64,000 bases of DNA. It comes from Camelus dromedarius (lineage: Eukaryota). Under the pieces are notes generated by a model. The model ran no database searches. It was given only the letters and a program-made list of their open reading frames with translations, and was not told where the DNA came from. The stretch covers positions 100,690,001 through 100,754,000 of the forward strand of contig NC_087436.1 of assembly GCF_036321535.1 (NCBI RefSeq), given 5' to 3'. The translations under genes were made by a program, and so were the position numbers. The stretch's first letter is position 1. Every line of letters starts with the position of its first letter. This document shows positions 1-13,700 of the stretch, piece by piece.

Positions 1-238
1 GACAGTTTTATTAATTATAGTGTTCTCTTCTCCCCAAAAGGCAATAGATTGAAATATGGTCTTTTCTGATTCACTACATGGTTGGTTACCTGTGTACATC
101 ATTATCATGTAAGTTCAGAAGACCCTAGTGGCTAATTCTTCTTTTTTCTTTTTTTAAATTATACTTTAACCCACTTTTAATGTCTGCAATTGTAGTATAA
201 ATTTATTTTGTGCACTTAACTAATTTGTAACCTAAATA

Positions 239-732
239 CAAATCCTCCCTCAACCTATGATAGGGTCATGCCCCCATAAATCCATCTTAAGTTGAAAATA
301 TCATAAGTCAAAAACGCATTTAATACATATAATTTACCAAACATCATTGCTTAACCTAGTCTACCTTAAATGTGCTCAGAACTGTTACATTAGCCTACAG
401 TTGGGCAAAATCCTCTAATACAAAGCCTATTTTATAACAAACTGTTTAATATCTCATGAAATTTATTGAGTACTCTATTGAAAGGGAAAAACAGAATGGT
501 TGTGTGGATACAGCATGGTTGTCAGTGTATTGATTGTCTCCCCTCCTGATGGCATGGCTGACTGGGAACTATGGCTCCCTACTGCTGCCCAGCATCCCAA
601 GGAGGATCCCACCACATATTGCTGACCCAGAATAGATAAAAATTTAAAATTCAAAGTATGGTTTCAACTGAATGCGTATTGCTTTTGTACCATCATAGTA
701 AAAAAAAAAATCATTAAGCCAAGGACCATCTG
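239..732 (+). mobile_element. TcMar-Tigger non-autonomous DNA transposon (MER47/Tigger5-like)
   Basis: Begins CAAATCCTCC..CAACCTATGATAGGG and ends GGACCATCTG. TA flanks at 237-238 and 733-734. Internal 'cttaaatgtgctcagaac..acattagcctacagttgggcaaaatc' matches the recalled MER47 consensus. Confidence 0.85.
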
Positions 733-2169
733 TACTGATATACATGTATTGTTCACATACTTACCCACATCCATAGCAAAGTCACCCCATCATATATGAA
801 ATAGATAAGCCATATAAAGTCAATATATTCAAATATATCTCAAATGTGGAATATGTATTTAAAACAGAAAAGAATGTGATCTAGTCTGCATCTTTGCTCA
901 CTAATTAAAATTCAAGCTAACAATCATGGTTCAGTTTTAAACTCAGGAGATTGGTTCTCTATCTATACACATGGAAAATATTTGACCCAAACAGCAGTTC
1001 TCTTCCTGTAGCTGGCATTTTAATTTCCAAAGAGTCACAGGTCCTTTCTTCAAAGCAATGGAACTAGTTTTGATTACTCTCTGAATGTAGAATGGTGATG
1101 GCTCAGGCACAGATGCTTCCGTTTATAAAGAAACCATGTAACCATAAACATCTTAAACCAACAATACTTACTTTTTAAAAAATCATATAAATGTTCCACA
1201 TAATAAAATCATTGCTCATGCTATACTTATGGTACGTGTAAATGTTGGTCTCTTCCTAACTGTCCAGTTGCAGTGAATTGTGAAAGCTAAGCTTCCCATG
1301 CATTTAATTGTGATACTTGGCAGCTGATAACCTCTGATAGTCTAAGGCATGCAATTACAGCTGTTTTTCCTCAACTGTTGTTCTTACCTGTGCAAGTTGT
1401 TGATGCCACAGTAAGCTCACCAGACAAATCTTTTTAATGACACAGACTACAAAAATCCAAACAACAGCAAATGCTCATGTTCAACAAAGGTAATGCTAAG
1501 ACGTACCTACTGGTACCAAGTTTTAGTCCCAAGGGAATTTGTTACTTTAGTGACTTTAGTAAGAACTCTTCGTACTCAGCCTTTCAAGCTTATTAATTTG
1601 TTTTTTTGGTAGACAAACTGAAAGTATAGCTGTGTTTTCAAAGACAGGCTCCTGTTAATTGAGTTTAATAGATTGCTGTACAAGATTAAAATGTTAATTG
1701 ATAAATTTTCAATAAAAAGTATAATTATCCCATAAGCAGAAATACTCATATTGGTATAGTGTAGAAGACCAGAGACATAGTGTTGACATGTGTTGAGGAT
1801 CACAAAATATTTTGAATATCTTTGAACAATTTGGGAACTTCTCCTACAATAAACAAATGTGCGTAAATATAGTATCATGTTTACTGTTTCCTGGAGATGA
1901 TTTCCACATGATTCCAATTGTTTTTACCAAGTGACTTCTACTTTTGGAATAAGAGAAATTTACAGATATTGAACAGAAAAGTTCAAATGAAGGAAAAAAT
2001 ATACTTTAAAAGACCTTGGTAAGATGCCTTCCTGGTAGAGAACATTCTAAGTCACTATGCATTTAGGTCATGCAAGACTAAGGCAGGACTTGGGAAAGTT
2101 CAGTCCAAGACATCAGTTTGGCCAGAATTATTAAAACTGACAAATGAGAGATGATTACAATTTCTGTCA

Positions 2170-2740
2170 CCAAGAAAAGAAAAGTCTTGGTAGTCTGAAA
2201 TATACTTACAACATTCAAAATTCCATAGGGAGAATTATTGTATTGGTATTTCAATGTGTTATATATTATTGTTTTACAGTAGACTTTTACCTGAGCTCTG
2301 TGTTCACGGAAAACAGTAATGGTTAAGAAATTCTCCCAGCCTTCTTACTGCAAAGAAAACACTCTTCTCCACGTGACTTAGAGAAGACGTACAAATCTTT
2401 CCTGGTTTATTTATGACAAAGCTGGGCAGAAGTTTTCTAATTTACCATTATTTGCCTCATAAATAATTAGCTGAACTGTTTGTCCCCATTGACCAGTCAG
2501 CACAAAATTCCTGTTAACCGAACTTTGGTTAAATTTATTTACTTCCTCCAGGCCACTGAACCTTGATGAAACTTCATCCTGTATGTAACCCCCTCCTTAA
2601 TAGCCCCTCCTGACAATAGGCTGGCCTCAGGGTAAAACATTTTCTAATCTACTATCTGATCACCTCACTCTTTTTTGTAGCTGCCCACACTCAGTTCTTT
2701 CTAGCCTTGTTTACTCCTCCCTATAAAAGAAAACATTCTG
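2170..2740 (+). mobile_element. ERV1 LTR, MER67-like, 3'-truncated
   Basis: Diagnostic stretches 'attagctgaactgtttgtcccca', 'ataggctggcctcagggtaaaacatt' and 'gttctttctagccttgtttactcctccctataaaagaaaa' (TATA). It stops at a 12-bp tandem duplication (aaaacattctga x2). Confidence 0.7.
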
Positions 2741-3739
2741 AAAAACATTCTGAGTAGTAAATATATCACTGCAGCATGTTAAACATCTTTGGTTATGTAT
2801 CAGGTAGAATATCAGACAATATTAAGTGATATTTTGATATTTGTCAAGCATCAATTCACATGAATAAAGATTTTAATTTTCTAGCCATGATAGATATTTA
2901 AATTTCCATTAGAGAAATATAATGACTGTTGATTGACTTATTTTTAAATTGCATTTACATTTATCCATTTTCAGGGAATGAATGTTACAGTTTTTTGTGA
3001 AATATAGAAATAAAGGTAAAAAATCAAAACCAGTAGCTGTAAAAGAAAAGGAATTGAAAAGCTGAGATTGTATTATGAAAGTACATAACAAGTGGGTATA
3101 TAAAGAGATAATAGAATAATATCAAAACAAGTTATAAAGGTAAAACAAAGTTTATTTAATACAGCATATGTCTGTGCCTCATAATCCAACATAAATCAAA
3201 CCACAATGTGGAAAGCTATTGAGATTCTCAAGGAAAACAACATTCATTATAAATATAAAACAGAATATATAAAACAGAAGATATGATTGACTACAACAGA
3301 AGAAATTCATTAGAACAAAAACCACTTATTTTCTATCGGAGATTTTGTGACTACTAATTATTAAACAAAATAATTTATTCCAACTTTTATATATTTTCAT
3401 TTAGTGTATTAAAGTCAGAGGAGATAGCCTGATCTATTACACAGTTTTGACACATGAACCACTCCATGTCTTTTGTTTTATAAAGCTTATTTCTGCAGAC
3501 AAGAGATGAATCACTCCAATAAATTTTGATTAAAAAAATCAGCAAAGCATATCAATAGAGTTAGAGAAAGAATATATATCCCATCATGAGGGATTCAAGT
3601 GGAAAAAAAAAGGTTTTTATTTTTTCTTAAAGCCAATTGATAAAGCATAAATTCCAGTGTGTTTGTTGTCTAACTGTACAGAGATGGGGTAGAGAATGAT
3701 ACTCTTTTTGCAATGGGCAATTACCATTAGTTTTTAGGG

Positions 3740-6700
3740 GGCTCTTAATTAACACATAATCCACATACTATAAAAATGACCCTTTTAAAGTGTACAGCTC
3801 AGTTGTTCTTAGTATATTCATAAGTTGTACAACCATAACTTTAATCTGATTACAGAAATCATCACTACAAAAGAAACCCCACACCCATTAGCAGTCACTC
3901 CCTATTCTCTTCATTCCTCCAATCCCTGGCAACCATTAATCTACTTTCTATTTTTATGCACTTTATTCTCAACATTTTCTATATATGAAGTCAAATAATT
4001 TGTGGGTTTTGGTTTTGTGACTGACTTCTTTCACTTAGCATGTTTCCAAGATACATCCAAGTTATAGCATGCAACAATACTTAATCTGTTTTTATAGCCA
4101 AATAATATTCCAATGTATGGATATACCATATTTTATCAGTTCACTAGCTGATGAACATTTGGGTTGTTTCCACTTTGTAGCTATTGCGAATAGTGATGAT
4201 GGACATTCATGTACAAGCTTTTGCATGAATATGGGTTCTTAATTCTCTTGGGTGTATATGCAAAGGTAGAAATGCTGGGTAACATTAACATTTTGAAGAA
4301 CTGCTAAAACATTTTCCAAAATGGCTTTACTATTTTTATTCTCTCCAACAATGTACGAGGGTTCCAATTTTTCTACATCTTTCTCAACACTTGTTATTAT
4401 CTGTTCTTTTGTATTTATTGTATTGTTATAATATATTACATTTGTTGGTTTTCACATGTTCAACCAATGTTAAATTAGTGCCATAAATCTTATTTGGTCA
4501 TGGTGTGCAATCTTTTCTATATGTTAGTGGATTTTTTTGCTAGTGTGTTTTTGAGAATATTGAAAACTTTTGTATTTGTATTCATAAGGAATGGTCTTTA
4601 GTTTTCTCTCCTTGTGAAATTTTAATTTGGTTTTTGTGTGAAGGTAAAACTGGCCTCATAGAATGAGTTGGAAAGTGTTTCCTCGTCTTCTATATTTTGG
4701 CAGACTTTGTGAAAGATTGGTATTAACTCTTCTTTAAATGTTTGGTAGAATTCAACAGTGAATCTGTCTAGTCCTAAACCTTTCTTTGTGGATAGTGATT
4801 AAGTCAATCTCTTTATTTGTTATAAGACTCTTCAATTTATCAATTACTTACAGAGTTAATTATAGTAGTTTCTATTTTTCTAGGAATTTGTCCTGGTTTT
4901 TTTTTTTTTTTTTAGATTATCTAAATTGATCATAGTCTTCCCTTATATTTATTTCTGTAAAGTCAGTAGTAATGTTCCTTCTTTCATTTCTGATTTTAGT
5001 AATTTCAGTTCTCTTTTTCTCATGGTGAGTATAGCTAAATATTAGTCAATTTTGTTGATTTTTTTCAACACTCAACTTCATTTGTGTTAGTTTTTCTCCA
5101 CTGGTTTTCTATTTGCTACTTCATTTATTTTCTCTCTAATCTTTAGGGCCTTCATCTGCTTGCTTTTGATTTCATTCAGTCTGCAGATTCTAGTCTCTTA
5201 AAGTGGAATTGATTTGAAATTTTTTTTTAATGTAGGCATTTGCAGTTAGAAATTTCATACTGAGAATTTTCCTGTAGCTCATAAATTTTGGTATGATGCA
5301 CCCTTGTTTTCATACATCAAAAATATTTTATAATTTTCTCTGTTATTTCTTCTTTGACTCCTTTGTTGTTTGAATGTTGATTAATCTCCACATATTTGTG
5401 AATTTCCCAAATGTCTTTCCTTTTTGAGTTCTAATATCATTCCACTGAGGTTTTTAAAAATACTTTGTATAATTCCATTCCTGTTTAAATTATCAAGACT
5501 TGTTGTATTGTCTAATCTGGAAGATGTTCTCTCTGCATTTGAGAAGAAGGTGCATTCTGCTGTGTTTGCTCTATAGATATACATTAGGTCTAATTGGTTA
5601 ATAGTATTGTCTAGATCTTGTCTTATTTATCTTCTAATTGTTTTATTATTGAAAATTGAAGTAGAAACCTTATTTTATTGGCATGTCCCTTCAATTCTTT
5701 GTTTTTATTTCACATGCTTTTAACTCCTTTGTTTGATGCATATATGTTTCCAATTGGTATATATTCTTTTGGATTGAACTTTTTATTGTGAAATATATTT
5801 TTTGTTTACACCAGTATCAAACTTTGTCTCAAAATCTATTTGCCTAATAATATTATAGCTATTCCAGTTTCCTTATAGTTACTGTCTGCATGGTGTATCT
5901 TTTTTTTATTAATTTACTTTTAATCTATTTGTGTCTTTGAACTTAAAGTATATCTCATAGACAGTATTTAGTTGGATCAAGTTTTGTTGTCTTTATTCCT
6001 AAATTGTGCTGCCAACATTCATTTTTTTAATGAAAGTATCAAATTAATCCACTTTTAACATAAGTAGTGATAAAGTAAGACATAAATGCCATTTGCTATG
6101 TGATACACATATGTGTGTATGTGTATATATTTTTTAACCCTCTACTCCTCCATTGCTTCCTGTGTTTGTATTAGATACTTTCTAGTATACAATTTTATTT
6201 CCTTGCCATTTCTTTTATTATATTTTTAAGTTATTTCTTAATATTGGTTATAGTTAAATTTTTAATTTATAAAAATATAGTTCAACTTAATACCAATTTA
6301 AGTTCAATAGTATACAAAACCCTTTCCATGTGTAGCTCCATTCCTTTCCCACTCCTTTGTTCTGTTATTTCCATACAAATTACATCTTTATATATTTTAT
6401 GCCATCAACACATCTTATAAACATTACATTATGCAATTGTCTTTTAAGTCAGGTAGGAGAAAAAGGGTTACAGAAAATACATATTTTGCACTCTCTTTTT
6501 TGCATATATATATTCATTTTTATATTCTTTTTCATTAAAGTTTATTACAAGATATTCTGTGCTATACAGAAGAAATGTGGTTTTTATCTCTTTTTATATA
6601 CTATCTTTTATATTTGACTATGTAGTTAACTTTACTGGAGTTCTTTCTTTCTTCACATAGCTTTGAGTCCCTGTCTAGTATCCTTTCCTTAGAGCCTGAA

Positions 6701-8640
6701 AGATTTAGTATTTTTTTTATGATCAGTATACTAGTGACTAAGTTTTTTGAATTTATTGATCTTAGAATGCTTAATTTCTCCTTCATTTTTGAAAGATTGT
6801 TTTGCTGAATATAACGATTTTTTTCTTCCAGCATTTTAAATATGGCTTATAACTACCATGGTTTCTGGTGAGAAATTAGCTGTAATCTTATTGATGATCT
6901 CATAAATGTGATGAGTCACTGCTTTTTTGCTGCTTTCAAGATTATCTCTATCTTTGCTTTCAACATTTTGATTATGAAGGATTTAGGTGTGGGTCTCTTT
7001 GAGTTTAACCAGCATGATATCTGACAGCTTCTTGGATGTGTTGACTAATTTTTTAAAATTAAACTTAGGAAATTTCCAGCCATGAATTTTTGAAATATTC
7101 TTTCTACTACTTTCTCTTTCTTGATTCACATTACAAGCATGTTGATATATTTGATGATGTGCTCAGATCTCTGAGGATATTTTCACTATTTTCCTCTTAT
7201 TTTTTCTCTCTCTTTTCTCAGACTGCATAACCTCAGTTGAATTTATTCAGATTTAAAGATTCTTCCTTCTGCTTGCTGAAATCTACTGTTGACCCCCTGT
7301 AGTAAATTTTTAATTTTAGTTATTAAATCTTCAACTTTAAATTTTATATTTTGTTCCTTTTATAATGTGTTATTGATATTTCTTATTTGTAATTGATATT
7401 TTCTATTGGGAAGATGACATTCTCATACTTTCTTTTATGTCTTTGGACATGGTTTTCTTTAGTTCTCAGAAAGTATCTTTAAAAGCTAAATTAAAGTCTT
7501 TGTCTAGTAAGTCTAACATGTGGGCTTCTTCAACAAGTTCTATTGATAGCTTTTTTTTCCTTATATATAGGCCATACTTTCTTGTTTCTTTGCAAACCTC
7601 CTAATTTTTTTGTTCCAAACTGGACATTTTAAATAATACAATGTGACAACTCTGAAAATCAGTTTCTCTCCCTTTTTCAGGGTGATTTTTGTTGCTATTT
7701 ATGATTGTTCTTACTGGGTTTTTTTGTTTTTTATCTTAAAGTTTCTGAACTAATTCTTTAAGGTCTGTATTTGTTGTGTGTGACTTCTGAAGTCTTTGGT
7801 TAGTTTAGAGATCTGCTAATTATGGAACAGGTGGACATATATTTTCTTAAGAAGTCTCCTAGTCTTGGCTGATAACTCTTTGTGCATGTTGAGGCATGCC
7901 ATCAACAGGCAGTTGATAGCTTATCCTTCATTTCATACTTCCTCAGAACTTCAAGGTCAGCCAGAGATGACAGCTTAGAACCTTCTCAAGTTATTTCTCA
8001 GTGTATATAGAGCCCCATGCACATGTGTATGCCCTGCTAGATTCCCAAGACGTCCTATGGACATCTTATTTCCTAGCTTTTCATTTTAAGCATTTGATTA
8101 TCTCATTGTTGGCCCCAACTACTGTCCACTGTCTCAGACAACTCTGCAAGGTAGAGTGATCTCTAAATCATCATGTTCAATGAACACCTCCAGAGAAAAG
8201 CCTTTTCACATTGTGTGAGCTTTAACTCAGGTCAAAGAAAGACATCCTTGCAAGTAGAATCTTCCAGGGAACTTCCAGACAACAATTAATGATTTTCCAG
8301 GGGTGAAACTTTGAGGAACACCAGTTCTTTTCTTCTCTTTCTGCTGGACACAAGGATGCTGGATTTCAACATGTTTGTGGGCTATTGGCTAAAGTCTACT
8401 AGGCTAGTGGTCAAGTCTATTCAAAAGCTAGAGTGGCTGGGGACAGGAGGTGGTGGTGGTTAAGAACAGGGCAAGTTAAAATGCCAAAATCTCATTATTC
8501 ATACTGAGATTCAACCCTCCTGCAAACCTTTGGTTAATTTCTAATGTCCTGAAAAAGCTAATTCAAACAATTGTTTCTAATTTTATCCTTGCTTTTATGG
8601 GTACAGAAATTTTGGAGTGCCTTAAATTGCTATTTTTTGC
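3740..8640 (-). mobile_element. Old L1M LINE-1, antisense, near full-length with an internal ORF2 deletion
   Basis: T-rich strand. L1MB-type 3'UTR at ~3740-4410 jumps to ORF2 RT/EN sequence (~4430-6050), then ORF1-like (~6620-7500) and 5'-end-like sequence to ~8640. All frames are disrupted. Confidence 0.85.
6503..6600 (-). mobile_element. Short fragment of a younger lineage-specific L1 3'UTR inserted in the old L1
   Basis: 'attctttttcattaaagtttattacaagatattctgtgctatacagaagaaat' resembles the recalled cetartiodactyl/camelid L1 3'UTR (antisense) and interrupts the host L1M. Confidence 0.5.
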
Positions 8641-11600
8641 TGACTTATGTCCATCTAGCCACCGGTTTTTCAAGGCATTTACTTAGGTTCCCAGCCAGTT
8701 GTCCTTACATTACAGACGTTTTCAGTAAAAAGCCCTGGTATATTGCTTCTTTTCTCATTCAATATGGAAATCTTGCTATCAAGAGCTCTTCTGATCAATT
8801 TCAACCCCCAACATTAAAGACCATCAAGAGACTAAATGTTCATCAAAATATCATGAATAAGTCCATTGTCCTTCATTCCCTAAGATTATACAAATCCAAT
8901 TACTCCATTATAGTAGCCAACAAGTTGTTTGGAGGCATTGGCTTGGAGTATGAAGCCTTTACTTCTGCTTAAGTGGCAATAGCAAATTTTACTTAATACC
9001 TGTAAGGCCCAGTCTCCTCATAGGTGACAAAAGATCATCCTGGCTATTCCTTATACTTGATGTTGCTTAGATAGAGTGTATAAATCATATATAAGCCCCA
9101 AACTCAATTAACATTATTTATTATTGTTGTGTTTCCTAAATTGTTCCACTTCTCTTATATGTTGTTCCCATACTTAATCTTTTTGTTGACTCCATTTGCT
9201 CTTTTGGCCAAGGATTTGAAAAAGAAAACACTTTAAAACTGTATCATATTAATAACTTGATTTTTCTACTCTGGAGATTAGTAATTTTCCTTCTACTCTG
9301 GTGTTTAGTCATTTAAATGGCACAAATAGACAATAAAATTGCTCTGCAAAGTGTAGCTAAATGATAACCTGTTACCTTCATCATAAATTTCACCTATGTT
9401 TGATATGGTATGCACAAAAACATAAAGAGAAAATAAGAGTTGATTTTCAATCCAATTTTCTCACTTAGAACCATTAAGGAAGGTAAAGAGTTATATTCTG
9501 TATCAAAAAGGATTGCATTTATAGTCTTTCATTTCTAAAATAGGTTTCTGTCTTTGAAATGGAAACAGTTTCCTAACTTAAAGTAGGTAATTACACACTC
9601 CATTAAACAAGTAATTAACAGATTACAATTTGAAAAAAAAAAAGCAAAACTTGAAAATGAGCAATTCGGATTCTGAATGTGAAGAGTAGTGTTATAATTA
9701 GCATAATACCTTTAGAAACAGATTAACAAGTGCACAATAAAAATGGGAAAAAGGAACAATCTGTCTCCTCCATACAAATCATACACAGCAAATAGCCGTT
9801 CCTGAGTCGAACACCAGCATGGTTTCAAGAAAACTGGGTCTTAGAATTGTTGCTATTTGACTCTAAAATTCGAAAAGATAAGATTTTGTTATATGAAATG
9901 TTTGCCATCCTAAGAGACTGTGACTCTTCAGAGTCAATGTTTTAAATTGTCTTTTAACAATAATTCCCTGAGGCAAGTGGCCAATGTTAGCAAGCTCAAC
10001 ATGTGTAATTCAAGCTAGTAATTTGAAAATGCAAAAAAGACAGGCTCAGTGTTGTATGTATGTGGTTCATTTTCCCTGCAAGGTTAAAAATGTGCATAAA
10101 GGGAATTCAAAGAAAACATGCACACTAAGTCTTGAATACCCTCCCTTCCAAGAAAAAGTAAGAAAAAGAATCCGTTCTAAACTGGAAGAAGGGGCCACTC
10201 TTCTTGCTAATCTACTCTTTAAGGAAAATATGAGAGGTGAGTAACTGAAGGCACCATAGTCAGCTTCAGATGGATAGTGGTAAAATAAAAGTTCAAGTAG
10301 TAACTAGCTCTGCAGTAAGACATTTTTTATTCACGTAAAATTCTGGACTAAACTTCCTATCTAAACACTGTAGCAAGGGAAAAGTGGAGAGCTCTTCAAG
10401 GTCGATCTTCGAACGAAACTGCATATCGACTTTTTCCCCGCTTCTTGAAAATCATGAGAGGGGCAGAAGTGTGTTACAAAATCTGAAAATGGGCTCCTGA
10501 CCAAGATGATAATGACTTCTTTTCTAAAATTTGAACTAACCCTGTGAGTAAAAATAATTCACAAAGCATTTTGAAAAAAAGATGCCCATCAAATGACTGG
10601 TGAAAAACCATATGATGTTTTCATTCCATAGCAAAAATAAACAAAACAGATCATTCTAAAAAAAGAGGTTTCTTCCTGCAATTATACTAAAAACAGGCTT
10701 CATTAAGTTCAAATCTGCCATCGTGAAGATGCTACTGAGAATGTCAAACAGCTATTGACTTCTGCGTCATTTCTATGTAGCAATAAAGAGAAACTGCTAT
10801 TGCACATTACTATGACCTTTGCCTTCCAATATTAGTTTTCTTAGTGGAGAAAGTACTGGTTTAAACTGAGATATCAAGTGTTTTCTAAATAAGAATTAAA
10901 GTCAGGTCAGAGTAACTTAGTTAAGATAGTTAAGTTCTACGATCGCCTGTTTATAACCATAGTTCTACCTATGCCAATTACTTTATAAAGCTTTTTTTGT
11001 GATCCTATGTTAATCCTTAACTCTTATTTATGTCAACGTATATGCAGGTTTTTTTCTGGAAATTTTGTTTGATGGATCCTTCCATAAAAGTCTACAATTT
11101 ATGCCAGTGCAGAATTTAGCTATTACAGCCCATCCACTATAAGTCTGGGTAACAGCAGAATCGTGTGAAACAGGCTGAGCAACATGAGTAATTACTCATG
11201 ATTCACTTTGGCTTATAGTTAAAATAGAAATGTTGAGGGTGGTCAGTAATGGAGCACATTTCAACCTGGGTTTTCTGCCTGTAAAGAATGACTTTTTTGT
11301 AAATCACATTGCATTTCTTAACAACAGATAATGCATCATCATAAATGTCTTCTATGTGGAAAATCCAAGACTTGTTCTCAAGAAATCACTGGTGAAGTGC
11401 TTTGCTTCATGCCCTAAGCATTGTGTTTAAAATTGAAAACAGAATTAGAAATATACCAGACCCTTAGCTCTGAGGCATAACTCAACAATGGGAACTACTT
11501 TTCCAAAGATCAAGAGTACTTTCAAAGCTACATTAATTTTACAGGGCACTTCCAGGTGAAAACTTCCTGAATATAGGTTAGATTTCTCAAAAGATTTCAG

Positions 11601-12017
11601 AGTTTCCTCCTTTCTCATTTCAAGTATCAGTTTAAGAAAAACATGTTTTTGTCTGTTATTTTGATATGGAAAATTACCCAGTATCTTACCATCACACCTT
11701 ATACCCTTAAGCAAATACTTAGGTTCTGAGGATACTGTTGACTTGTATGCACTGTCTGGAGCTGATTGTTGATGGAGACTAGTGGCCAAGGTTTACCAGG
11801 TTTACTATAGTGCAGAGTGTGCCGTGTTCACACATGGTCATCAGTCCTGCTGAATTACTAGTGGACAAGGGGTTTTATAACACCTTAATCCATCTTCAAC
11901 CATCTGTACTCAGACTTAGCGAGGGTTTACATGATACATAGAAAGATATTCTGGAAGCCTGATGTCTGCACTCTCCTTCATCTACAAGTGCTATTTTGGG
12001 CTAAAACCCATGGAGTT

Positions 12018-12462
12018 TTTGATGGGTAAGTTTTATGTGTCAACTTGGCTATGCTATGGGGTCCAGCCTAGTGTTATTGGTCAAAGTCTAGTCTAGTTGT
12101 TGCTGTGAAGTTATTTTGTAGATGTGACTAACATCTACAGTTAATAGACTTCAAGTAAAAGAGACTACACTCCATAATGTGGGTGAGCCTCATTAATCAG
12201 TTGAAGGCCTTTAGAGCAATGTTGAGGTTTCCCAGAAAAGACATAACTTTGCCTCAAGACTAAGTCTTGTCTGAGTTTTCAGTCTGCTGGATTACCCTAT
12301 GGACTTTGGACTCAAGACGGCAACATCAATGTTTGCTTGTTCCCAGCTGGCAAACCTGCCAGTCCTCACAATTATGTGAAACAATTCCTTAAAATAAACC
12401 TGTTAATATAAATACACATAAACCTCATTGGTTCTGTTTCTTTGGGGAACCCTGGCTGATAT
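12018..12462 (+). mobile_element. MLT2 (ERVL) solo LTR
   Basis: 'ttttatgtgtcaacttggcta', 'ataatgtgggtgagcctcattaatcagttgaaggcctt' and terminal 'ttggttctgtttctttggggaaccctggctgat'. Confidence 0.85.
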
Positions 12463-12699
12463 GGAGCTTTTCCAAGGTGGAATTCTACTTCTATAAACAA
12501 AGTCAAAGGTAACTGATGTACAACGTCCTGAATACAGATGGGGTGATTTGGTAACACCAATATTAATTTTCTGTGAAAGAATTCTTCCTAAATAACCGGA
12601 CCCAGCTGGATGTAATTAAAAATACCCTTATTGACATTTGTTATTAATGGTTCACCAGAGTATTCATCAGCCCCAGAAGTGAAAGAATGTTATTTGCGT

Positions 12700-13140
12700 T
12701 TATAAAAAAATGTTGTGGATACTTCATCTATGTTCAATACTATGCTAAATTCTGACACAGATGTGAAAGATAATTCCATATCTATTGTAATCTTTGTCTA
12801 GTGGGAGAAATAGATGGTGGGAAAATGAGAAGGATGTCTGGAGCAATATTTCAGGCAGAGAGAATCTGACATGCTGAGGCATTTTGAGGCAAATAAGATA
12901 ATGAGTTCTCCAGTCATGAAAATAAATGGATGTTGAGAGAGCACGGCACGTGTGTAGGGTATTGCTGAGGGACAGTGCTTGGACAGTAGACCACAGCTGA
13001 AATTTCCCAGCCTTATTTTTCTTATATGCAACATATTACTGGGGGAAAAAAACAAGGATATTTTAATGAAAATCAGATAATCTTATTTGTAAAGTGACTG
13101 ATAGTACTGGTCACTCCAAAATATGGTAGGTATTATCTTT
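12700..13140. mobile_element. Degraded L2 and MIR fragments
   Basis: L2-like antisense motifs ('tctagtgggagaaataga') followed by a MIR tail-like 'gataatcttatttgtaaagtg'. Confidence 0.4.
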
Positions 13141-13519
13141 AGCAGTGTTGACCTTATAAAGTGTGGTCTGGGGGATATATAACATCTGACACATGGTGAT
13201 TACTCACTGATTGTCCCTCCCTCATGTCACTTCCATCAGCTGGTATTTAAGCTATCATATGTCAAGCAATTATCACCATGTCTGATACATAGTAAAGACC
13301 AGAATACTGAGAGTTAGCTTTAAAAATGAACACACACAACTGTATCTTTTCAATCAAACACTGAGAACTTAAGCACTTCTTTTGCTAATGTTCAAAGTCT
13401 TTAGAGAAGTGACTTCAACAAAATGCCATACCTCTAACTAATTACATAGTAAAATATATGGCCAGCTTTCTGGTACAAATTAAAACTAAATTCTGGAATA
13501 TAAAAACTCTTTGGAAGTG

Positions 13520-13700
13520 AGTAAACATGGGTTTGGCAATTGGAAGATCTAGGTTTTAGAGCTAGCCATGGTACTAATTAATTATCACAATTTTAGAAAA
13601 AGTACTTAACATGTTTGAGTTGCATTTTCACTGTCCTAAACTGAACACATTGAAATAAATAATTCATGAGGTCCCTTTTGGCTTTACTGTTCCAAGACTG
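13520..13700 (+). mobile_element. MIR3-like SINE
   Basis: 'gaagatctaggtttt..aagtacttaacatgtttgagttgcatttt..aattcatgaggtccctttt' follows the MIR3 core and tail. Confidence 0.5.

Noticed and set aside
1576..1917. 113-aa ORF
   Set aside because: AT-rich I/L/N/Y-biased chance frame with a non-ATG start.
8571..8972. 133-aa ORF with a hydrophobic N-terminus
   Set aside because: It starts at TTG inside the end of the L1; no homology recognised and the composition is typical of chance frames.
10191..10222. Resemblance to antisense U6 snRNA (ggggcca..tgctaatct.ctct)
   Set aside because: Only ~20 matching bases with a 7-nt gap and no flanking similarity.
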